Assembly: GCA_964234715.1 (NCBI GenBank)
Contig: OZ174275.1
Strand: one strand, 5' to 3'
Origin: Podarcis melisellensis
Lineage: Eukaryota
DNA length: 64,000 bases
The notes below the pieces were generated by a model. It saw only the letters and a program-made list of their open reading frames with translations. It did no database searches and was not told the DNA's origin. Below, piece after piece: positions 47,780 through 60,451 of the stretch. The position numbers were made by a program, and so were the translations under genes. The first letter of the stretch is position 1. Each line of letters starts with the position of its first letter.

Positions 47780-50700
47780 AGATTTCTAGCTCTATTATTG
47801 TGTCTTCTGAGGAAGAAAGAACTGAGAGTTACACCAGCGGCCTACAATTATGTGATAGAGATAAAACACTTGAACTCATGCCTGAAGATCCAGTTTATTC
47901 TAGCAGTTTAGAGGTGAAAAGGGAGAAGAGCAATGTCCCAACCTTCCTCAAGCATGTGTCAAATGTTGAAATAAGTTTAGGAGATTTAGCTAGACTTTCT
48001 GTTGTAGTTACTGGGGATCCAAAACCACAGATACAATGGTATTTCAATAGTGTTAAGCTGACATCATCTGCAGACTATAAGTTTGTGTTTGATGATAAAA
48101 ACTATAGCCTCATTATTCTCTCCACAAAATTTGACCATGAAGGGGAATATACTTGCATTGCTAGTAATATCCATGGAGAGACAGCCTGCTCTGCTTATCT
48201 GAAGGTCAATCCTAAGGGAGATGAAAGGGAACTGGAGGCAGAATTCACTGCAGAGAAGACAGGAAGTCCTCGACCTCCATGTTTTGTTAGGAAGCTAGAC
48301 CCTGTTCAGTGTGCACAAGGTGCTCCTGCTGTGTTTGAGTACAAAGTGGCTGGGGATCCACCTCCAGAGATTCAGTGGTTTAGGGGAAACAACCAGATTT
48401 TCTCCTGTGCACGATACACTATCATTCATAATCGAGATGGTTCTGGGTCACTAATGGTGAATAACTGCCAGGGGGCCGATGGTGGCTTATACATCTGTAA
48501 GGGAATCAACCTCATAGGTGAAGCCTCTAGCAGTGCAGAACTTCTTGTTCTCTTAGACATGCCTGGGGAGGCTCCATATAAGGAAAAGAAGAGTAAACAG
48601 AAAACACGCACCAAGTCATATAAAGAAACTGTAAGTGACGAGGCTACTGTCTCACGGATATATGCCGTTAAACTGCCTGGTGATGATAGGCACGATGGGC
48701 AGCATGTGATGTATACAATTGGAACTGAAGATAGGCATTCACTACATAGTGAAGAGGTAGATGTTTTGCAGGTGGCTTCCTACTCAACAGCTACTATACA
48801 GCAGGAAGCCCTTCTGACCCAACAAGTAGCCTTGCTTGAGTCTCAGAAAGTTGGAGAAATTGCAGATCCATCTTCTCAGGCCAATGAAAAAGTGGCTTCT
48901 TCAGCTTTTACTACAGGTGAGGTGAAGGAGCACCCCGGTTTCCTAGAACAACACTCTGAACCAATTCAAAGCCCACCAATAGTCGAATTGCCGGGTTCCT
49001 GGTGCCACCAAGTTTCTGATCTCTGTTTACCTGTTGTGGAGGAAATAAACCAAGAAGACAAAGAAAAGGGGCTGCAAACCAAGCTTCCAGAAATGGTCAG
49101 GCCAACGTCAGCCATAGAGCAAACATCTCAGTTTGCCTCCATTCTATCTGAGGAGAAATATGTGGTAAGCCCTGGTGAGTCTGTTGTATTCTCAGTCCCA
49201 GGAGCTGAGGAAGTTATTGAAACCAGTGAGCCTAAACATGCAGTATGTGTTCCTAGAATCGAGGGCATCCAAGAATTGTCCAAGGAAAGTTCTTTGGCAG
49301 ACCACACACACAAGTGGGAGAATATCAGACCAGCTAAAGAACGAGGCAGCTTTTTCCAGTCTGCTGTAGCAGCAGAACAATGCAAAATAAGTGAAGCTCA
49401 TGCTGAGGCAATCGATTATGCTGATTCACCTGCAGAAGTTAGTCATACCCAAGAATCATCCAATGTATTACATGTGGCTACGATTGCCTCTGAACAGATG
49501 TTCCCCAAAGAGTCCGCCTTTGATGCAACCATTGCAGAGCAGCAGAAGGGCTCCCTGGAACAGGACAGGCTCGTCCAAACAGCTCTGGTTGCTGAAGAAA
49601 AGCAGCAGCTCTCTGATGAACACACTGAGGACCTTCCCAGGTTAGACTGCACGGTGGTAGCAGAAATCCAAAGAGAGGGTGAAAAGCCACTGCATTTGCC
49701 TGTTGTACATGGACAAGGCTCGCTTCCTAGAGAAGAGCATTTTAGTTCTGAGGTGCCCCTGGAAGATGAGGCACTGTCTAGGAAAAGCCCATGTTTGCTA
49801 CACTGCTTAGTAACAGAAGAACAAGTCTCCACGTCTTGTGAAGATGCTAAGCAGTTTCCTCCTCTGGCAGAGGCAGTTAGCATTCAGGTCACCCAGGAGC
49901 CCATTTCTGTGTTGCATCTCCAAACGAGCCAAACTGAGCTCGTTTGGAAGGAAGGCATCTTGGCTGTACAAGAACCCGAACCCCAAAATGCTTTGCAGAA
50001 AGCTGAAATAATGCTCAAACGTGCTGTGGCATCTGAGGAAAAAAACCAGATAGCTGCCGAGGCCCTAGAGGCTTTTCAGAGTGGCCTTGCTGGAGAATAC
50101 CCTGTGGCTATAGCAGAGCCTCAGCTTCGTAAGTGTCTGACCACTGTGGCTGAGAAGATGCTTCTGCCCAAAGAGGAAATCCTCCCCAAAGCAGGAAAAG
50201 AGCAGAAAGCTACCCTGAGGAAGGAAGACTTTCAACCAGTGATGCAGGTATCTGATGTGACTGAAGAGAGGGTCTTGGATGTAGGACATGCTGAGCCATT
50301 TGAGGCTGTTCAGCCCATGAGTTGTGAGGTGGTGTCTGAGCCCAGGTTGCCTTCAGAATCCACCTGCGTTGAGGATCAAGGTGTTCCGATAGAGAGCATC
50401 GATCTCTTGGAAGCCACAGAGCAAGAATTTGCAGCCCGCATCCAAGAAGGTCAGTCAGTCAGGCTCCCATTGTTATTGGAGGAAAAACAGACATTAAAGG
50501 AAGAGCACTTGGACAAGATCTCAAGGCCAGATGCTGAGAACGCAACAGCCCAAAAGCAACTGGGGCTGCTTATGGATGTGCCTGAAACATGGGAAAACAA
50601 AGTGCTTCGGAAAGAAGAAGAACTTGCAGCTGAGACTCCCGTATGTTGTAGCTTAGATATGAAGGCTCAGATCAGAAAGGCCCTGAAAGTAGCTCTGACA

Positions 50701-51640
50701 AATGAACAGCACTTATTTCCATTGGATGCTTTCGATGATATTGAGAGCGTTCAATTAAAGACTGTAACAGTGATCAAAGAACCTCAACATGCAACATGCA
50801 CTTGCCTTGTAATCTTGGAAAGTTCCAATACTGCAGAAATAACTCTCTCTCTAGATGGAATATATTCTCAGACAGCTGATTTCAAAAGTGAATTGCAAGC
50901 TGCTGTTCACTCCATTATTTATGACGAGAAACATGTTCTGACAGCAGAGGAACCCAGTGCCATAGCAGAACCTAAACACCACAAGTTGCTTGCTTCTTGT
51001 TCACCTCCCAAACTAATGCAGTCTGCTACTGTAACTGAGACACCTGTTCAGCAACAATCTGTCAGTAATATTATTGGTTCACCTGAGCTACATCATGCTT
51101 ACCTGAGTACTGAATCAGAAATACAGGAGGAGCAACTTGTGTCTATTCAAGAAGTCCAAACTATTGCTCTTAGTGAGCACATTAAAGATGTAGGTACAAC
51201 CACACTCACCCTTGATATTCCTGTAGCAGCAGCCCCAGTTGAGAGGTTAATAGATGCTCTAAAAGTGAAAGAGAGAAAGGAAGAACTTTTTGAGGAAAAT
51301 GAAGAGGAGGCACATGTAGTTAAGGCTAGCAAACGAGAAGACAGTCTAGCGAGCAGGGATTGTCCCATCATGCGCCAAAGTTTTATAGACACTGTTGTTG
51401 AAGAAGGTGACAGCGTAAGTCTTACTTCCATTATAGAAAATGTTAAAGTGGTGAATTGGTATTTTGGGGATAAGCTGGTATCTTCAGAAAATGAGTTCAA
51501 GTGCTTGCAGGACCATGACACATACACACTAGTAATCAACCAAGCATTCAAGGAAGTGCATCAAGGAGAGTACACCTGTGAGGCTCTGAATGAAGGTGGA
51601 AAAACAACAGCAACAGCGAAACTCACAGTTGTAAAAAGAG
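47780..51640 (+). CDS. TTN: TTN exon 49, cardiac N2B element (Ig I24, I25, unique sequence, I26)
   Basis: CAG|AGATT...AAGAG|GTTGGA; 3861 nt phase 1/1; KLTSSADYKFVFD, RIQEGQSVRLPLLLEEKQ, ends TAKLTVVKR. Confidence 0.96.
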
Positions 51641-52538
51641 GTTGGAATATGGGGATAAAATATTGCTTTCCTATTTTCACTCATTTGCTAACTGAATAGA
51701 ACACACATATACATATTTGTATCTCTAGTAGCATTTTGGATACAGATATAAGAAGTATATAAACTTCAGCTGTGCACCACCAAACTAATCACAGATCCTC
51801 CACTTTTTGTTTCCTCTTTAGAACTTTTATTTCTTTAAATATATTTCTTATTCACACCTTTTATTTGCATTTTGCACTTTTTGGTACTGAAACAAAATTA
51901 AATTTTGTTTCATGAATGATGATTGTTAAATAAACTATTTGTAATGTCGGATTTTTTAAAAAGAGTGCATGTCTTAGGAGCACTTTCATCCCCATATCCA
52001 CAGAGCAACTTGGTTCACTTTTCCTTTTCATTGCTACAATAAAGATGCAATCCTGAACACGCTTACTAGGGAGGAAGCCCCACTGAGCACAGTGAGACTG
52101 GCTTCCAAGTAGACGTGCCAAGAGATTGTCCAGCACGTTGTAGAAGTCATTGCACCATTCTAGCATAATGTCACACATTTCATGTTGAAAATGTTCTGGT
52201 ACAACCTGGTATAATTTCATATATCATGTTGTTTGCATGCCTTTAGTAGTAAGTAGCACATCAGAGTATCTTCAGAGTTCCATTATGCACTGCAATGTAG
52301 GTAGCCCTCTGGTAGACTGAGCACTGCTTTTGGTTTGCTTTCACCTCTGACAACCATTTTTCTTTACAGCCACTTTCCTTGGGTAGCTCATGAAACCACA
52401 CATCTCATTTCTGTTGGTCACTTTATTAACAGTGTTTTGGAATGTACACTTATAAGCACCATACATGCTATTAGTATTACAATATCCACATAAACATGGG
52501 TGGTTGTAACCACATTATTCTTTGACTTTTAACTTCAG

Positions 52539-52817
52539 TTGGACCCATACTGAGGAGAAGGCTGGAATCCCAAGAAGTCGCTGTGAACCACCTTGCCAAG
52601 TTCACCTGCGAGATCGAGATGGCGCCAGACGTACGGTTTCAATGGTACAGAGCCGGTCGGGAAATCTATGATGGCGACAAGTATACCATACACACCGCTA
52701 ATTATACATCCACTCTTCAAATCCCGAGACCGCAAGTAGTTGACTGTGGCGAATACAGCTGCAAAGCTTCCAATAAGTATGGCAGCGTAAGCAGCAAAGC
52801 AACCTTAACGGTAACTG
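52539..52817 (+). CDS. TTN: TTN exon 50, Ig I27
   Basis: CAG|TTGGA...ACTG|GTAAGT; 279 nt. Confidence 0.97.
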
Positions 52818-53869
52818 GTAAGTGCGAGACATGAACCCTGTGCTGCTTCCTTGTTAGGTAACTGAACGTGTTCACCATTAGTATGTGGCAAAATGCATCT
52901 AGGGCCAATAACAGACTAAGGATTTCCATTTCTGTGCATATAGAAATAGAAGAAAATACCAGGTATTTGGCCCCCAGGTTCAACGTACATATCCAGGAGC
53001 AAAAAACATATTTTCATCGGAAGCTGAGTCAAATAACAGATTTGTAATTATTGTATATTATTTCCGAACTCTTTTAAGCGTGGAGGAAAACTTACGAATA
53101 ATAAAGGGAATACTCTAGTTCATTTCAGATGCGCACCATTTGGTATAAGCACTCACACTACAAGCACCTTTCTCTAGTGATGGAAGAACTGCAGTTGGTG
53201 AAGGAGATTGTAGGCAAGAACTTCCACACTTAAAGCATTTCACACTGGGGTCGGGAGGAGAGAAGAATGCAGCAAGGGCATGGATTGTGCCCAGAGGCAT
53301 TTGAAATGTTTTTTTATTCCGTCATATTCACCTATAAACATTCGCTCTTAAATGTCTTAAGCTTCTCAAAAAGATTATAGTATTAACTGAGTCGTCTGAT
53401 CACGATCTTGCTGGGATGCAGTCGATTTTATTTACTCTTTGAGATCCATGTTTACAGACGTAGTGGGTGGTGGGAGCCATCTTGAAATGAATAAAGGATA
53501 CTTAATGACATCGCTCTTTTAAAAAGATCTCCCTAGGCCTTTTTATTACTATAATAATTGCCTATACCTTTCATCTTACTGGAATCTGTATTGCTGGTTA
53601 ATTCATGACATGCACTTCAAATCGTCACATGTAAACCTAATTTCATGACTAAATAACTCTGGCTAGATGGCTTTTAAAACTGCTAGATCATCCTAATGAT
53701 TTACTGGATGTATTGAGTCTTGGGAATCTTTACTGCACATTATTTCTAGACAATTTAATGTGTGTATATGGAGACAGCATTTCTGTCTCCTTTCTTTGGT
53801 GCTGGGGTGTGGGGAAAAGGTTGCTGTATTGGCCAAGTCCATGTCAACTTCCCCCCCTTTCTTTTGCAG

Positions 53870-54433
53870 AAGCGTTTCCTCCAACCTTTCTAACCAGACC
53901 CGAATCTATTACTACTTTTGTGGGTAAGAGTGCCAGGTTCCTCTGTACAGTGGCAGGCACCCCTGTAATCGACACAGTGTGGCAGAAAGATGGTGCCGCC
54001 ATTTCTTCCACAGAACATTGCAAGATTTCAGCTTCTGAGAATAAGCACAGTTTAGAGATTCCACGCCTCACAGTAAATGACAGGGGGGTATATACTTGCA
54101 AAGCCTCAAACAAATTTGGAGCAGACATCTGCCAGGCAGAAATAGCTGTCATTGATAAACCACGATTCGTCAAGGAACTGCAGTCTGTTCAGTCTGCAGT
54201 CAATAAGAAGATCCATCTTGAATGCCAAGTGGATGAAGACAGGAAAGTCACAGTATCCTGGAGCAAGGATGGAACCCGAATACCCCCAGGCAAAGATTAC
54301 AAGATTTGCTTTGAAGACAAGATAGCATCACTTGATATCCCTCTGTCTAAACTTAAAGATTCGGGAACATATGCATGCACTGCTGCAAATGAGGCTGGAA
54401 GTAGCTCTTCTTCGGCCACTGTAACAATCAGAG
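53870..54433 (+). CDS. TTN: TTN exon 51, Ig I28-I29
   Basis: CAG|AAGCG...AGAG|GTAAGG; 564 nt. Confidence 0.97.
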
Positions 54434-54504
54434 GTAAGGAAATTGTCGATCTGCTATACTTGGTGCCATTCATGTCCTCTTATTTATAGTAGTTGTGCTT
54501 CAAA

Positions 54505-54718
54505 GAGGAGCTGCCAAAATCGTGCCGCGGGTTGAAGTGGGCCCTGGCCACGCCCCCACAGCGCCCTGATTGGCCGCCTGGCAAATGGCATGGCTGGGTC
54601 ACCCTCAACATGATGCAGGACGCTATCCTGCACCCCGCTGAGGCAGGGGTGGGGCCTGGTGGCCTGAGTGCAACCTGGTCCCACTTGGTCCCACGCGGAA
54701 CCGATTTGTTAGTTCCAA
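54505..54718. mobile_element. GC-rich degenerate MITE
   Basis: GGAGCTGCCAAAATCGTGCCGCGGG versus reverse complement of the end, GGAACTAACAAATCGGTTCCGCGTGGG. Confidence 0.55.
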
Positions 54719-55122
54719 ATAATGAAGAAATGAGAGGTAACATTAAGAAGGAAAAAGCTAATCATAGCACATTTCTCCAAGTGTGGTGTGGTGTTTCTTT
54801 GTAAAAAGAAAAGCTACAATCTTTTTCACTCGTCTTTGTGTCTTTACTAAAGCTTATTGTCTGATTTCCTTAAATGTGCAAACTTTATTCCAGTGTTGAC
54901 TAAAACTGTCATTTATTTATTTTTCCGTCCTAGGTGATTCTTTAGAGAAGTTCTGGTTACCATGATAAAAAGCAGAATTAAGAGCAATGGCAGGAATTGG
55001 AGTTTTGTCCTGGATAGATATCTGCATGTTTCTCAATAGCTTGTCTTTGTAATTGTCCTATCAAATCGATCTTCTTAAGGTGTTATATTTCAGGCTTCTT
55101 TCTTTCTGAACTTTTCTTCTAG

Positions 55123-55404
55123 AGCCACCATCGTTCCTGAAGAAAGTGGACCCCTCTTACTTGTTGACTCCTGGAGAGTCAGCACACCTTCAGTGCAAAA
55201 TCAAAGGGTCTCCTGAGATCCAGGTGACATGGTACAAAAATAACAAAGAAATTAGGGAGAGCGACACACAGAGGATGTCTTTTGCCAATAACGTGGCTGT
55301 GCTAGATATTACCAATGTGAAAGTTGATGACAGTGGAAGTTACTCGTGTGAAGCAGCTAATGATGCTGGCAGTGACAGCTGTAGTACTGAGATTGTTGTC
55401 AAAG
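55123..55404 (+). CDS. TTN: TTN exon 52, Ig I30
   Basis: TAG|AGCCA...AAAG|GTTTGT; 282 nt. Confidence 0.96.
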
Positions 55405-55508
55405 GTTTGTTCTTAAACCCAGGGGTGCTTTCTTTTCAAGGTGCTCTGTTCTGCTGCAAGTGTACTATCGGTCACTAATTCTTTATTCATGCTTTGATGA
55501 TTTTATAG

Positions 55509-55787
55509 AGCCTCCTACTTTCATCAAAACTCTTGAGCCGGGCGACATAGTGAGAGGAATGAATGCCACTCTTCATTGTGAGGTTTCTGGTACTGGACCG
55601 TTTGAAATCAGTTGGTTTAAAGACAGGAAACAAATTCGCAGTAGTAAAAAATACAGGTTGACTTCCCAAAAGTCTCTTATCTCTCTGGAGATTTCTTCAT
55701 TTAATAGTGCAGACGTTGGTGAATACGAATGTTCCATAGCGAATGAAGTTGGAAAGTGTGTTTGCAGTGCAACATATATACTGAAAG
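55509..55787 (+). CDS. TTN: TTN exon 53, Ig I31
   Basis: TAG|AGCCT...AAAG|GTTAGT; 279 nt. Confidence 0.96.
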
Positions 55788-57283
55788 GTTAGTGAGCAAG
55801 TGAACAAACAAAACCTATTTTTAACATAGTGCAAAAGGAGAAAATAACTCTTTCGTGGAAACCAATTTTCCTTTTTTAGCTGTCTCCTTTCCTTTCCTTC
55901 TCTTTCTGTGTCTTGTTGCTTCTTGGAATCTTTTCTTAAATTCTTGAACGCAGGAATAAAAGCAGAGAACAGATTTCATTGAAATTAATTCCCAAGCAAG
56001 AGGCTGTTTTACACAGTCAATTCAGTTCTCTTTTAAAGGTGACCTTGCCTTTCAAAACAATATGCAGACCAGAACACAGCCATCCTTTAAAATTCACACT
56101 TCTTTGAATTTTGCAATGCAGCGTTCCAACTGGGAAATGAACACTAAAATGAAAAATAGTTTTGGGAAATAGTGAATATTGGGCAAAATAACATTAAAAA
56201 TGTGTGTAGTAGAAGAAATTCATACTAAACTGCTGATAAATTTTCACGAGAACTTCTTTTAAAAACTGCAAACTGATGTGGAAATGTGAGGACTCAATTT
56301 AAGACTTTTAAAAAAGAGAAACTGATAGGTTTGCCCATCCCTACACATGATATGTAAAGAGTTTATTGCTTCTGTCAGCTTGTGATACAAATGTAAAACC
56401 TACCCAAGTCAGCATTCTAATTTGCAATGCTAATGCATCTTTTCATCTCCCATCCCCAACATTATCAGTACTCAAAGTTCCACCAAGTAATGAAAGAGGA
56501 GCCCAAAGGCAATTCATATGTTAAAAATGCTCTTAGCATTCCCACACACTTACTTAAGAGTAAGCCTCACTGAACTCAATGGGACTTACCTCTGAGTAGG
56601 CACGCCTATGGTTGGTCTGTTAGCCTTTCCTTTGATAAGTATAGTGTCATGAAATTAAGGGGTTTCCAACATAAAGCATAGCCAAAAGGCAAAATCTCTA
56701 CTCCTAACATCCTTCTGAGAAGCAAGCTTTGGTGCCCAGTAAAAGAATTCCTCTTTTACTCTTCCTAGTCCTCTCATTTACACCAGTAGTGGGGAACCTG
56801 TCGTCCTCCAAGTGTTGCTGAACTACAATTCCCATCACCCCCAGCCAGCATGACCAATTTGTAGTTCATCAACATTTGGAGGACCAAAGGTTCTCCACTT
56901 CTGGTTTACATCAATGATGGGGAACCTGCAGCCCTCCAGATGTTGTTGGACCCCATAATTCCTGACCATTGGCTAATGGGGTGGGAGTTGGAGTACAATA
57001 TCTAGAGTGCCACAGGTTCCTCACCTCTACTTCACCTGGATTAATTTGCCTGCTGTCAAATGTAAGACGTTTACTTATTGCTCAACAACTAATGGTCCCT
57101 CTGTCTCCAGATTGAAATGGGAAATTTCCCCCTAACATTCAGAGGTAGAAATCCATAAAAGACATTGCCATTGTATCCGGAAGGCAATTTGTTTTCTTTA
57201 AAAAGCCTTAAATGCAGCACCAAGCACCATATGATGCAATGATAGATAAGGGTTTTTCTTCCTTCCTTTCTTTTTCAAATTAG

Positions 57284-57562
57284 AACCTCCCTCTTTCATT
57301 AAGAAAATTGAAGATGTTACTGCACTCGCTGGGGATGAAGTTTTCTTACAGGCAGCTGTGAGAGGCTCAGCTCCTATTTCTGTCACTTGGATGAAGGGGA
57401 AAGATATTATTAAAGAAGATAACAAAGTCAAAGTGACCTTTGAAAATGGCATTGCAACTTTGCAAATCACAGATGTCCAGATTAGTTCTGGTGGTAAATA
57501 TACATGTCTGGCTGAGAATGATGCAGGAAGCCAAACATGTTTTGGAGAATTAGCAGTCAAAG
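57284..57562 (+). CDS. TTN: TTN exon 54, Ig I32
   Basis: TAG|AACCT...AAAG|GTCAGT; 279 nt. Confidence 0.96.
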
Positions 57563-57660
57563 GTCAGTGTAGGAGCACTTTAAGATCGCACAATTCTTCT
57601 TATACACAGGCATGTTGTTCGCATTAGGTCTATAATGACCACTGTTTAATTCTGTTATAG

Positions 57661-57939
57661 AGCCTGCTACCATTGTTGAGAGAGCTGAATTCATTCAGGT
57701 GACGGCAGGGGACCCAGCAACTCTGGAATACACTGTTGCAGGCACTCCAGAGCTAAAAACGAAATGGTTCAAAGACGGAAAGCCTCTGGCTTCTAACAAA
57801 AAGTATAGAATCAGTTTCAAGAACAATGTTGCTCAGTTGAAATTCTACACCGCCGAATTGCACGATACTGGCGAAATCACCTTTGAAGTTTCAAACGATG
57901 TTGGACGCAGTTCGTGCACCACCTCATTTACTGTGTTAG
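57661..57939 (+). CDS. TTN: TTN exon 55, Ig I33
   Basis: TAG|AGCCT...TTAG|GTTGGT; 279 nt. Confidence 0.96.
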
Positions 57940-58071
57940 GTTGGTAATCCAGCAGCGCTACTGCGATTTAGATGGTAGAACAATTAGAAGGCGGGAGGTG
58001 GGAGGGGACACTCCTAAAACACTCTTTTTGATATATATTGGTTTTCTTTTCTTTGCTGTGCCTTGGAACAG

Positions 58072-58359
58072 ATCGCACCCTTCCTCCATTCTTTACCAAA
58101 CCTCTGCGGAACGTCGATAGCGCGGTTGGTGGCTCCTGCCACTTTGACTGCAAAGTATCAGGTTCTCTTCCAATAAAAGTGTCTTGGTTTAAGCATGACA
58201 AAGAGATCACTGCCAGCGCCAAGTATGCAATACGCTATGAAGAAGGTTCAGCGTCTTTGGACATCAAACACCTGGATACCAGTGATGCAGGAGTGTATTC
58301 CTGTAGAGCTACTAACTCTGCAGGGGGCAAGGAAAGCCATGGAACTTTAACGATAAAAG
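58072..58359 (+). CDS. TTN: TTN exon 56, Ig I34
   Basis: CAG|ATCGC...AAAG|GTTTGA; 288 nt. Confidence 0.96.
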
Positions 58360-58492
58360 GTTTGACATCTTCTTTTGCATTCTCTTCTCAGTATCTCTTT
58401 TAACCGTTCTTTCCCCACCCCCTTTTTAACTCCTCACTGCATTAAGTTGAACTACTGATTCTTTCCAACTCTTTCTTTCAAACAATGTGTAG

Positions 58493-58771
58493 AGCCACCT
58501 AGCTTCGTGACAGAGCCAGAGTCTCAAGAAATATCTCCCGGGTCAACAGTGCGTTTGAAGAGTACATTTAAGGGAACAGCGCCACTCTCTGTACAATGGT
58601 TTAAGGGTGATGCTGAGCTAACAACCGGCGGAGCTTGTTACATCATGACGGAAGCTTTGTCGAGTTACTTGGAGCTTTACGCTGTGAAACCTGCTGATTC
58701 AGGCGCCTATTCTTGCAAAGTCAGCAACGCGGCTGGTTCAGCCTCATGCAGTGCAAACTTGTTTGTCCAAG
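58493..58771 (+). CDS. TTN: TTN exon 57, Ig I35
   Basis: TAG|AGCCA...CAAG|GTTTGC; 279 nt. Confidence 0.96.
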
Positions 58772-58886
58772 GTTTGCACAACTCTTTCTCTTATGATGAT
58801 ATGCTTGGGTGGCGATTTGAGGTGCCTCTTATTTTTCCTTAACCTCTTTCTACAACTCTTCTTAATAACATTCTTTAATTCCACAG

Positions 58887-59168
58887 AACCCGCTACTTTC
58901 GTGGAAAGACTTGAGCCGTCGCAGTTGATTAAGAAAGGAGAATACGCCCAATTAGAATGTAAAGTTACAGGCACGCCTGAAATTAAAATCTCTTGGTTCA
59001 AGGATGACAGGGAAATTAAAGACAGTGCCAAACACAAGATGACTTTGGTGGGCTCCACAGCAGTACTCAGACTCCTGGATGTCACTCTTGAAGACTGTGG
59101 TGAATATACATGTGAGGCAAAAAATGATGCTGGGAAAGATACCTGCAGTAGTGTCGTGATTGTAAAAG
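58887..59168 (+). CDS. TTN: TTN exon 58, Ig I36
   Basis: CAG|AACCC...AAAG|GTGTGT; 282 nt. Confidence 0.96.
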
Positions 59169-59279
59169 GTGTGTGCAAAAGTACCCCTGTGCTCAATTTT
59201 CTCAGCAAGTCTTTTGAGCCTTTAAAAGGTCCCAGAACCAATTAACCACCCCACTCTTTCTTTCTGCCTTATGCTACAG

Positions 59280-59558
59280 AGCCACCTTACTTTGTCAAGG
59301 AATTTGAACCAAGGGAAGTGTTAAAGGACTCAGATGTGATACTGGAATGTGAGGTCTTAGGTACCCCTCCGTTTGAGGTCTATTGGTTAAAGGACAACAA
59401 ACCTGTGAGGAGCAGTAGAAAGCACAGAATAAGCATTGAGAATTCCTTGATTAGCCTCCAGGTTTTCAAGTTTGACTCTTCAGATGCAGGAGAATACCAG
59501 TGCAGGGTAACAAACGATGTAGGAAGCTGTGTCTGTAGCTCTGAGTTGGCTCTGAAAG
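59280..59558 (+). CDS. TTN: TTN exon 59, Ig I37
   Basis: CAG|AGCCA...AAAG|GTCAGT; 279 nt. Confidence 0.96.
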
Positions 59559-59643
59559 GTCAGTACCACCTGGAAAATATAATAATTTAATTCTGATGTT
59601 TAGTTGAGGCTAATACTCACCAAGGCATCTATTCTTTCAATAG

Positions 59644-59922
59644 AACCCCCACAATTTGTGAAGAGGATTGAGAACATTAGCTCACTTAGAGGAGGCACAA
59701 TAGTGTTTCAAGCAACTATTAAAGGTTCCATGCCTATAACAGTCTCTTGGCTGAAAGATAACGATGACATTGTTGAAGACGATAACACCAAAATGACCTT
59801 TGTGAACAATGTGGCCACTCTTATGATCAGGGCCATAGAAGTGAAGCACGATGGGAAATATTTTTGCCAGGCTAAAAATGATGCTGGAATCCAAAGATGT
59901 TCTGCTTTACTAACAGTAAAAG
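59644..59922 (+). CDS. TTN: TTN exon 60, Ig I38
   Basis: TAG|AACCC...AAAG|GTTTGT; 279 nt. Confidence 0.96.
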
Positions 59923-60026
59923 GTTTGTAGAGCTTCCTCCCGCCTCCTTAATTTATAGCATCGTGTTTTGCTAACATCTACACTTCAAGTCACCCAGACT
60001 CATATTTGCTCCTGTATTTATCACAG

Positions 60027-60305
60027 AGGGAGCCACCATCACTGATAAAGCTGTTTCAATTGATGTCACGGAAGGCGACCCAGCCACATTGCAGTGTAGA
60101 TTTTCAGGAACAAAAGATATTACTGCCAAGTGGTTCAGAGATGGAAAGGAGTTGACTTTGGGACACAAATATAAAATCAGTGTTACCGATACAGTCTCTA
60201 TGCTAAAGATTGTTTCTACAGAAAAGAAAGATAGCGGCGAATACACATTTGAGGTTTCAAATGATGTCGGAAGCAGCAGCTGTAAAGCTAGCATTAATGT
60301 CTTAG
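60027..60305 (+). CDS. TTN: TTN exon 61, Ig I39
   Basis: CAG|AGGGA...TTAG|GTTCGT; 279 nt. Confidence 0.96.
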
Positions 60306-60451
60306 GTTCGTATTGTGTATCCCTCTTCTCTTGGAGGTGGGTCGGTTGGTGGGTGCTGGCCACAACTGCAATTCTTATTTCCTTTTTATGCCAAAGACCA
60401 GCAAAGTGGCAGCCTAATCTAATATATATCTTTTTGGTTTCTCTTGGGTAG

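Noticed and set aside
47800-51699. 1299-aa ORF as a separate gene or terminal exon with its own stop
   Set aside because: The donor at 51641 falls at the Ig end and joins exon 50 in frame; the last 19 codons are intronic read-through
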